Below are positions 12,241 through 19,068 of a stretch of DNA of 62,908 nucleotides, piece after piece. The notes beneath the pieces were generated by a model. It was not told the DNA's origin and did not search any database. It saw only the letters and a list, made by a program, of their open reading frames with translations. The position numbers and the translations under genes were made by a program. The DNA comes from an uncultured bacterium (GTDB lineage Bacteria; Patescibacteriota; Minisyncoccia; Phycocordibacterales; UBA2100). Position 1 is the stretch's first letter. Each line of letters starts with the position of its first letter. The stretch lies in contig CAINVT010000035.1 of NCBI GenBank assembly GCA_903854215.1, positions 1 through 62,908 on the forward strand. The letters are read 5' to 3'.

Positions 12241-12808
12241 GGTTATTTTTTTGCAGTGAGATGCTCTCGATCAGAGAGCGTGCATTGCGAGCCAGCCTGA
12301 CCGTATATTTCGTGTTACATCCTGCACTAGTTTCTGTAAATGTTGGCGAAAAACCTATGATGTTCAGCATGGCATAGACATCTTCTGCGAGAATCTTCGT
12401 GTTATTGCTGAAGTTGACCATCAAATATCCACGGTCTTCGTAGATGCTTCCGTCAGTTTGTAGTAGTCCACGGAGACATGATCGAGTGTAGGTCTTACTT
12501 TTTCGTATCCACAGTGGTACACGGGCGTTTTGGAAAAACTTCGAACCTTTTCCCACGTGCCACGGCATCCACTTTTCCAACGTATTTGAATAGACACTGA
12601 TATTGAAGTATGTCGGGGTTTTTGCTCGAACTACAGAGACAGCGTTCCTTGGAAGTACTTTTTTTAGTGCCGTTATGATTTCTTCGGCAAGCACAGGATA
12701 ACGAGCATCGCAGGTGACTCTCAGTCGAATAGCTCTACCGTTTGGATTCGAAAGGTTTCCATCGCCTAAAGCTACTCCCACGATATATGCCCATGTGTTC
12801 TTTGACAC
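12227..12808 (-). CDS. LAGLIDADG-family homing endonuclease, two-motif monomeric type
   Basis: Two LAGLIDADG-like motifs: YIVGVALGDGNL near the N-terminus and LRGLLQTDGSIY about 100 aa later. GTG start lies 2 nt after the tRNA-Leu 3' end. 14-nt overlap with miaA. Confidence 0.8.
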   Translation of the reverse strand: MSKNTWAYIVGVALGDGNLSNPNGRAIRLRVTCDARYPVLAEEIITALKKVLPRNAVSVVRAKTPTYFNISVYSNTLEKWMPWHVGKGSKFFQNARVPLWIRKSKTYTRSCLRGLLQTDGSIYEDRGYLMVNFSNNTKILAEDVYAMLNIIGFSPTFTETSAGCNTKYTVRLARNARSLIESISLQKNNHENE

Positions 12809-12810
12809 AG

Positions 12811-12894
12811 TGGGCGAGGGGGGAATCGAACCCCCACGAGCTTGCGCTCACGCGATTTTGAGTCGCGGTCGTCTACCAATTCCGACACTCGCCC
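12811..12894 (-). tRNA. tRNA-Leu (anticodon CAA), class II with long variable arm, no encoded CCA
   Basis: Hand-folded cloverleaf. Acceptor GGGCGAG/CTCGCCC + A; D arm GTCG/CGAC. Anticodon stem CGCGA/TCGCG with loop CTCAAAA. Variable arm TGAGCGCAAGCTCGT; T arm GGGGG-TTCGATT-CCCCC. Confidence 0.9.
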
Positions 12895-13078
12895 TCGAAT
12901 TCAAGTGTATACGCACTTTCAATGCCATACAATAGCGCCTCGTGGTGTCTCGTGGTGTTTTGTTGCTTCGCCAGCCCGAACGGGTCGACAACGAGTAATG
13001 TCGACAAGCATGAGGATCCGAGCCCCTCCTCCGGTACATAACTTGAAATCACTGTTCTGGGTGTTCTCGTGGTTTTGG

Positions 13079-13106
13079 TTGACAAACATCCATCAGATGA
13101 TATAAT
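13079..13106 (+). promoter_or_regulatory. Near-consensus sigma70-type promoter (TTGACA-16 nt-TATAAT with TG extension)
   Basis: ttgaca at 13079-13084, tgatataat at 13098-13106. Followed by an AGGAGG RBS and the ATG at 13177. Confidence 0.7.
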
Positions 13107-13176
13107 ACCGTCAGCGACCTGAAAATCCCAGGTTAAAACCGGTTCCACGAGCTATTTGTAATACAGGAGGAAAAGT

Positions 13177-13443
13177 ATGAGCAAACTTCCAGACTCTGGC
13201 TTCAAGATCGTCGTCGACAATTTGACGGGGCAACAGTCGGATCAGTCCATGCTCGGGCACTCGTTCGTCGGCTATCGCCGCAAGGTGTTCGATGAATTCG
13301 TCGCGGTGTTCAAGTTTACGGATAACCCTCACGAACAATGGCACGACAAGTTTGTGTGTGAGCAAATCGTCAAGAACGCCAAGCCGGGCACTGAATCGCA
13401 TGAGAGCGCGAAGAAAGCCCTCAAGCACTGGCCAAGTGCGTGA
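13177..13443 (+). CDS. Hypothetical small protein (88 aa)
   Basis: Strong promoter, AGGAGG 7 nt before the ATG, and a hairpin (GGGAGCA...TGCTCCC, 13501-13525) downstream. No recognisable motif. Confidence 0.6.
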   Translation: MSKLPDSGFKIVVDNLTGQQSDQSMLGHSFVGYRRKVFDEFVAVFKFTDNPHEQWHDKFVCEQIVKNAKPGTESHESAKKALKHWPSA

Positions 13444-13689
13444 ATGAAAACTCTGGCCCCTCATGTTGAAGGTCGGGAATGACTTAAATAATTCCACCGA
13501 GGGAGCACGGTACTATATGCTCCCTTCTATTGAGTTCATCACATAGCGTGGTGCTCTCATAGAGGAAAACTTAAAGACCAGTTCTTTGTAAACGGTTTGC
13601 CATGGCAGAAAGCTGCTCACTCGTTGGGTATCCTCCTGCTATGGCAAACCTTCAATCTGAAGGAGCCCGCTAGCGAAGGAGGAATTCCA

Positions 13690-14118
13690 ATGTCTGCTGA
13701 CACGACTGTCGTCATCGCAGCCCATCGCTTCGACGGTGATGGAGAGCTGTCGTACACGGCTGCGGTCATACAGGCTGTCGAGAACCTGACAGATCACGAT
13801 TCTGCAACCTGTCTGAAATACGCTCGTGCGCATTTCATCGACGGGCAGTATCCGTGGTTCAAGGGTTCCGGTGGTTTGCGTCGGGTGAAGCAATTCGCCG
13901 CCCTTCTCGCCGAAGAACAACGGGAGAACGGGATTCTCGAGTACGAGAATCGACCGATCATCGAAATCGGCAAAGACCGAGTGTACGTGCTGACACGGCG
14001 AGGTCAACGAAGGGATGATGTCTGCTCCACAGACAAACCTTCTCACTCGCCTTGGCAGACGACAAACGGTCATCGCGATTATGGGATACCGAATAGCTCT
14101 CGGTACGCCTCGCGGTAG
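13690..14118 (+). CDS. Hypothetical protein (142 aa)
   Basis: The internal ATG at 13690 is preceded by GAAGGAGG. The longer track ORF (13597) starts inside a 15-bp hairpin. A clean terminator follows. Confidence 0.55.
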   Translation: MSADTTVVIAAHRFDGDGELSYTAAVIQAVENLTDHDSATCLKYARAHFIDGQYPWFKGSGGLRRVKQFAALLAEEQRENGILEYENRPIIEIGKDRVYVLTRRGQRRDDVCSTDKPSHSPWQTTNGHRDYGIPNSSRYASR

Positions 14119-14156
14119 CCACGCATACGGCTCACCTGAATAGCCGCTAACAGGAA

Positions 14157-14184
14157 CCCCACACAATCTGGTGTGGGGTTTTGC
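14157..14184 (+). terminator. Rho-independent terminator
   Basis: CCCCACAC-aatctg-GTGTGGGG followed by TTTTG. Confidence 0.8.
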
Positions 14185-14247
14185 TTATTAAACCGAATCT
14201 CGAAATCAAACCATCTGGTTATCTAGCCGTGATATAATCGTGACCAT

Positions 14248-15249
14248 ATGGCAGGAATGTATCAAGGGGATTCGATATTTTGGGTCGAAGTCGATCGTAT
14301 CAAGCCCAACCCGTTTCAACCGCGTCGCAATTTCGATGAAGTTGCGCTTGCGTCACTTGCGGAATCGATCCGACAATACGGCGTGCTTCAGCCGCTGACG
14401 GTGACGCGCAAAGAGATCGAGCGACCGGGTGAGGGGATTTTTGTCGAGTATGAACTGATCGCCGGTGAACGACGTCTGCGTGCCTCGAAGCTTGCCGGCA
14501 TCGCTGCCGTGCCGGTCGTCATTCGCACATCGGAGGATACCGACCGCATGAAGCTCGAGCTCGCGATCATCGAAAATTTGCAGCGTGAGGATCTCAATGC
14601 TATCGATCGTGCGGAGGCTTTCAATCGTCTTGCTTCGGAGTTCGGCCTGAAACATGCGGAGATAGGCTTACGTGTCGGCAAAAGTCGTGAATACGTTTCC
14701 AATACATTGCGTATCCTCATGTTGCCGCAGGAAATGCGCGATGCGTTGGGTCGTGGGGACATCAGCGACGGTCACACACGTCCGCTCCTCATGCTCATTG
14801 ATCGTCCGGAAGAACAGCAGGTTTTGTTCAAAGACATCATCGCACGTCGTCTCACCGTTCGTGATGCCGAAGCGCTGGCGCGCCGTGTGGCGATAGAGAA
14901 GGCGCGGAACAAGTCGCTCGTTTCGCCGGATCTGATGTCGCTTGAGAAACAACTCTCCGAACGCCTAGGCACACGTGTGCGCATCGAGAAGAAGAATGCC
15001 GGCGGCAAACTGCTGATCGATTTCTTTTCGCCGGAAGATCTTACCGCGATATGTATGACGCTGATCACGCAACCGGCCACACTCGCGGTGCCCGAACCTA
15101 CAGAAGTCACAGATGCGGTCGTAGCGGAAGGTGAAGTAGTCGAGCAGGGGCCGCAGACTCCTGTGGAGCCTGCGGCCCCCATCGAGCCAGTCGTTCCTCC
15201 AGAACCTGAAGATGATGGGCTTTACTCGATTAATAATTTTAGTTTGTAG
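14248..15249 (+). CDS. parB: ParB/Spo0J-family partition protein with a Pro/Glu/Val-rich C-terminal tail
   Basis: ParB box (GVLQPLTV, ELIAGERRLRASKLAG) and an HTH region. The last ~60 aa are low complexity (PEPTEVTDAVVAEGEVVEQGPQTPVEPAAPIEPVVPPEPEDD). Confidence 0.9.
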   Translation: MAGMYQGDSIFWVEVDRIKPNPFQPRRNFDEVALASLAESIRQYGVLQPLTVTRKEIERPGEGIFVEYELIAGERRLRASKLAGIAAVPVVIRTSEDTDRMKLELAIIENLQREDLNAIDRAEAFNRLASEFGLKHAEIGLRVGKSREYVSNTLRILMLPQEMRDALGRGDISDGHTRPLLMLIDRPEEQQVLFKDIIARRLTVRDAEALARRVAIEKARNKSLVSPDLMSLEKQLSERLGTRVRIEKKNAGGKLLIDFFSPEDLTAICMTLITQPATLAVPEPTEVTDAVVAEGEVVEQGPQTPVEPAAPIEPVVPPEPEDDGLYSINNFSL

Positions 15250-15310
15250 GGATATTGAACAAAGCTCAGAGCTTTAAAAACGGAAAAGGAACAAAGCACA
15301 GCCTGAAGCA

Positions 15311-15350
15311 CAAAGGTCCGACCTTAAGGGAGCCCAAGGTCGGACCTTTG
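15311..15350. terminator. Bidirectional terminator hairpin between convergent parB and rel
   Basis: 15-bp stem CAAAGGTCCGACCTT / AAGGTCGGACCTTTG with a 10-nt loop. Confidence 0.7.
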
Positions 15351-15389
15351 TTCATCTTCCGTTACTGCCAAGCTCTGACCCTTTGTTCA

Positions 15390-16934
15390 TTACTTTTTTC
15401 CCTCCGCGAGCGCAATCGCCGCGCGGATATGCTTTTTTGCCATGCTGGTCTTGGCGATGTCGTGCCACTTGCGTGAGGGCTTCGCGTTGGATTTGGTGAT
15501 GATCTCAACGAGATCGCCGTTTCGAAGTGCGGTATCGAGCGAGACCATTTTCCGATTGACTCGTGCCCCTGACATGTGGTTACCGAGGTCGGAATGCACC
15601 GCATATGCAAAATCGATCGGTGTCGCCTCGATCGGGAGATCGATGACGTCGCCCTTTGGAGTGAATACGAACACGCGATGACTGAAAAAATCTGATTTGA
15701 GTGTATCGAGATATTCTGTGGATTCTTCTTCACCATGGTGCGCGAGTGCGAGTTGTTCAAGCCATGCGGGGACGTTTTCGCGCACCACTTTTTTCTCATC
15801 GTTCGTCGCTGTCGGTTGTGCCTTGCCGATACGGGGGAAAAATTGACGTATCCACTCGAGCCCGCTGCGGCGCCCGGTGCCCGATTGTATTTCTTTGTAG
15901 GTAATATGAGATGCGATGCCGTACATTGATTCGCGATGCTGCGCCTCGGTGCGCAATTGTATTTCCAAGGCGCCGCCGTCGCCGGTGTATACCGTCGTAT
16001 GAATGCTCTGATAGCCGTTGGGTTTGGGAAAGGCGATGTAGTCCTTGATCTTGCCGGGGACCGGCCGCCAATGAGCGTGAATGATACCGAGCGCCGAATA
16101 ACAGTCAGCCACGGTGGGGAAAATGACGCGAAGCGCGAGAATATCGTAGATCTGATTGATGTCCCAATTCTTGCGCTGCAATTTTCGGAAGAGTGAATAG
16201 ATGCCCTTACGTCGCGCTTCGGTGCGGAAAACACGAATGTTCGCTTCGGCGAGCTCGCGCTTGAGATCCTTCTCGGTCTTTTCGAGCCGTTTCTCGTTCT
16301 CGTTCTTGCGTTCCTTGAGAAGTTCGCGGACGCGTTCGTAGTCTTTTGGGTAAGCGAAGCGGAATGCCGCATCTTCGAGGTCGGTCTTCATGACGCTCAT
16401 GCCGAGTCGATCAGCGATCGGCGCGTAGATCTCCAATGTCTCGAGCGCGATGCGGGTGCGTTTTTGGATATTGGGAACGAATTCGAGCGTGCGTGCGTTG
16501 TGCAGACGGTCGGTGAGCTTGATGATGAGGACGCGAATGTCTTTGGCGGTGGCGGCAAAAAGTTTGCGCAAAGATTCCGTATGTCGTTCGAGGCCGCGAT
16601 AGCGCAACGTGCCGAGCTTCGTTACGCCATCGACGAGCGTGAGCACGTTCTTCCCGAATAATTGCTCGACCGTCTCTGCTTTGACCCCGGCGTCCTCGAC
16701 AGTATCGTGCAACATTCCCGCTGCGATCGTGTCGGCATCCATACCGGTCTCAGCGAGCATATAACCGACTTCCGCCGGATGAATGAAGTAGGGATCGCCG
16801 GAATAGCGCTTTTGGTCTTTGTGCGCTTCCTGTGCAAATTCATAGGCCTTGGTCACGAGCGCGACATCCTCCGGCGTACTGCTCGCCATTGCTATGATGA
16901 TATCGGATAATGGACGGGGATTGACGTTCGCCAT
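15390..16934 (-). CDS. rel: Bifunctional (p)ppGpp synthetase/hydrolase, short Rel/SpoT homologue (HD + synthetase + TGS)
   Basis: HD hydrolase motif (MLHDTVED), RelA_SpoT synthetase block (YQSIHTTV), TGS-like C-terminus (VFVFTPKGDVIDLPIEATPIDFAY). 514 aa, no ACT/RIS region. Confidence 0.92.
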   Translation of the reverse strand: MANVNPRPLSDIIIAMASSTPEDVALVTKAYEFAQEAHKDQKRYSGDPYFIHPAEVGYMLAETGMDADTIAAGMLHDTVEDAGVKAETVEQLFGKNVLTLVDGVTKLGTLRYRGLERHTESLRKLFAATAKDIRVLIIKLTDRLHNARTLEFVPNIQKRTRIALETLEIYAPIADRLGMSVMKTDLEDAAFRFAYPKDYERVRELLKERKNENEKRLEKTEKDLKRELAEANIRVFRTEARRKGIYSLFRKLQRKNWDINQIYDILALRVIFPTVADCYSALGIIHAHWRPVPGKIKDYIAFPKPNGYQSIHTTVYTGDGGALEIQLRTEAQHRESMYGIASHITYKEIQSGTGRRSGLEWIRQFFPRIGKAQPTATNDEKKVVRENVPAWLEQLALAHHGEEESTEYLDTLKSDFFSHRVFVFTPKGDVIDLPIEATPIDFAYAVHSDLGNHMSGARVNRKMVSLDTALRNGDLVEIITKSNAKPSRKWHDIAKTSMAKKHIRAAIALAEGKK

Positions 16935-17305
16935 AGAGAGGATGATACTTCGAGTTGGTCAAATAACAAAGAAAGAAGGGAATACGATCGTGGCAAAGGT
17001 AAAAAAGCCAGTTCAACTTTCGAGTTCACAGGATGATCATCCTGTAAGTGTCGCCGCCTTAGAAGAATACTCGGACGGTGACCTTGAAAGGTTGATTAGT
17101 GGCCTTAATACATCGGAGGGAACCGCAGAAAAAGGGGAGAAATATCCCTTGATACTAGCGGAACAGGAGATCTCTTCGCAGTGATCAAATTGCTCGCGCA
17201 ATAAGCGGGGAACGAACAGCAAGGCGACGCATACGCGCCGCCTTTTCTGTGCAATATATGCGTATGATATAGTTCGCGCGAAGGTATAATGATCGGCATT
17301 ACTGC

Positions 17306-17473
17306 ATGGATACTTCATCATCTGAATCTGAACATATAGATGGCATGACGGGGGCGACTCCGCCGCTCACTGCTGACGAGTCGCAGAAGCTCGATTCGAT
17401 GCTCGACGACTTTCTCGGTAGCCTTGATAAGCCGGTGACGCGGAGCGTCGAAGATACTCCTAAGTCGGATTGA
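17306..17473 (+). CDS. Possible small acidic protein (55 aa)
   Basis: ATG 15 nt after a TATAAT (17285-17290). Product is MDTSSSESEHIDGMTGATPPLTADESQKLDSMLDDFLGSLDKPVTRSVEDTPKSD, followed by a hairpin. Below the ORF-track size cutoff. Confidence 0.3.
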   Translation: MDTSSSESEHIDGMTGATPPLTADESQKLDSMLDDFLGSLDKPVTRSVEDTPKSD

Positions 17474-17496
17474 TAGACTTCATGTTATAAAAACAT

Positions 17497-17524
17497 ACAA
17501 AGGTCAGACCTTTGTGTGTTTTGG
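17497..17524. terminator. Hairpin terminator (ACAAAGG-tcaga-CCTTTGT + T-rich)
   Basis: Sits between convergent small ORFs. The stem sequence resembles the hairpin at 15311 (CAAAGGTCnGACCTTTG). Confidence 0.55.
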
Positions 17525-17525
17525 C

Positions 17526-17813
17526 TCATCCTACCGACCGAAAATAATCGCGCCACGTGTCGTCGTGGATCGCGTCGAACTGTGATTGAGAAAATGAGGG
17601 AAGTGAACCAGCATGATCCGCGAGATAGCGTTGCTGTTCTTCCAGTGGTATCGACGTAATGTGCGAACGTTGCTCATTCGAAAGTAATGAAAGATACACG
17701 AGAGTCACTTTTCCATAAATAATCTCGCCGACGTCGCGCATAATGCCCGGCACTTCGGCATCGGTGAATCCGATGTGTTTTAACTTTTCTGTGATCTCTT
17801 GTTCGTTCATCAT
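17526..17813 (-). CDS. Hypothetical protein (95 aa)
   Basis: Clean ORF with coding-like composition. No motif recognised. Confidence 0.55.
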   Translation of the reverse strand: MMNEQEITEKLKHIGFTDAEVPGIMRDVGEIIYGKVTLVYLSLLSNEQRSHITSIPLEEQQRYLADHAGSLPSFSQSQFDAIHDDTWRDYFRSVG

Positions 17814-17822
17814 AATTAGATA

Positions 17823-18116
17823 TTAGTGTTCGCCGTGAGATCCGCCAGGCGCGGCCGCTTTTTTATGATCACCTGATCCGTTCAGCATATCTTGCACGGC
17901 GAATCCGACGGCAAAAGATCCGCTCATATAGTGCGGTACGAGTACACCTGTCGCTGCGAAAAAAACTGCGGTAAGTGCCAAAGAAACGATCCCCCCTTGC
18001 AGCAAAGATTTAAATGCTTTTGTAATTTTTTCACGCCCTTGTTTCAGCCAACTGTTGCTTTTTTCCGCGTGCCCTCCGGCTTTTTCGTGTCCTCCGTGTG
18101 GTGCTTCTGAACTCAT
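17823..18116 (-). CDS. Small membrane protein with His-rich termini
   Basis: Start moved to the internal ATG (MSSEAPHGGHEKAGGHAEK...). Two predicted TM helices. C-terminus is ...GSGDHKKAAAPGGSHGEH. Confidence 0.5.
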   Translation of the reverse strand: MSSEAPHGGHEKAGGHAEKSNSWLKQGREKITKAFKSLLQGGIVSLALTAVFFAATGVLVPHYMSGSFAVGFAVQDMLNGSGDHKKAAAPGGSHGEH

Positions 18117-18233
18117 AGTCCATGCAGTATACCAGAAACGAGCAAAACAAAACCACCTCCTCGCGAGACGAACGAACACGTTCATCTCGCCGGTGTTGGT
18201 GGTTCTCCAGTCAGTCATCCATGAAATCCAACT

Positions 18234-18770
18234 TTACGTACCTTGATCATAGATGTCCTCAGGATTCCCAGAGGTATGACCATCCGGATGAACGAAAACA
18301 CACTTCTCCTCTCCTTGTCCATCTTCCTCGTGACATGCAAGTACGAGGATAGGCTCTTGAGTCTCATAAACAGAAAAACGCGGCACATGTACCACCGTGA
18401 AGAAACCAGCCCGAGCTTCGTATATCACTGGCTCCGCAGCGAAATTCGGATGTCTTCGAAACAGTTGGACGCCACCAAGAAAAGCGCGTGCCTCCACAAT
18501 ACTTTCATACCAGTCAACTCGAATGTAGCCCGGACCGTCAATCGCATCTGGACGGTCAATCTTTGTAATCTGAGGTTTGCAATTACATCGAATTATTCCG
18601 AGGACCAAGACCTCTTCGTTCAACATGTAACGGGGTGAGGATAAGTTTTCCCCATATCCTCCACCCGGGTTGAGTAAATGATCTTGCAGTCTATAGACCG
18701 TTCTTGGAAATTGACGACCGCAGATCAAGACCGGTTCTTCAATTTCGAGACCGACTCTGTGGATGCACAT
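18234..18770 (-). CDS. Hypothetical protein (178 aa)
   Basis: GGAG RBS (aaggagatgagg) before the ATG at 18770. No recognised motif. Confidence 0.55.
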   Translation of the reverse strand: MCIHRVGLEIEEPVLICGRQFPRTVYRLQDHLLNPGGGYGENLSSPRYMLNEEVLVLGIIRCNCKPQITKIDRPDAIDGPGYIRVDWYESIVEARAFLGGVQLFRRHPNFAAEPVIYEARAGFFTVVHVPRFSVYETQEPILVLACHEEDGQGEEKCVFVHPDGHTSGNPEDIYDQGT

Positions 18771-19023
18771 CCTCTCATCTCCTTAGTCGAAATTCCCACC
18801 ATCATGATGGTGCGCGGCAGCTGAAAGTCAAGATGCATGAGCACTGTGCCGGATCGTCTCCAGTCGTTACTTCGTTAACTTGTGCGGATTATGGTTGAGG
18901 CACGTCTTGTCCGAGCATCTCTCCGGTATCGTCTTCGGTCACAGATAATTTCCTCGCCGTCGCTCGGCAATTTCCGCGACCACGCCTCGCGGTCTCGTCT
19001 GCTGACGAGACATCGCTGCGGCC

Positions 19024-19061
19024 GACGAAAACAACTGGCGCACGTGGCGCAGGCCACGTGC
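19024..19061 (-). terminator. Rho-independent terminator of topA
   Basis: On the minus strand: GCACGTGGC-ctgc-GCCACGTGC, followed by GTTGTTTTC. Confidence 0.7.
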
Positions 19062-19068
19062 TACCAGC

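Noticed and set aside
13597-14118. Long version (173 aa) of the orphan ORF
   Set aside because: Its first 31 codons fall inside a 15-bp hairpin and lack an RBS. The internal ATG at 13690 has GAAGGAGG upstream.
14248-15249. parS site within or near parB
   Set aside because: I scanned by eye for TGTTNCACGTGAAACA-like palindromes and found none. Absence by eye is not proof.
15362-16372. 336-aa ORF antisense to rel
   Set aside because: Arg/Ser/Thr-rich, low-complexity translation that lies fully inside the well-supported rel gene. It is a typical shadow ORF of a GC-balanced gene.
16849-17184. 111-aa plus-strand ORF overlapping the rel start
   Set aside because: It overlaps rel by 86 nt on the opposite strand and has no RBS at any candidate start. 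It contains the 18-bp palindrome, so the region more likely holds regulatory DNA.
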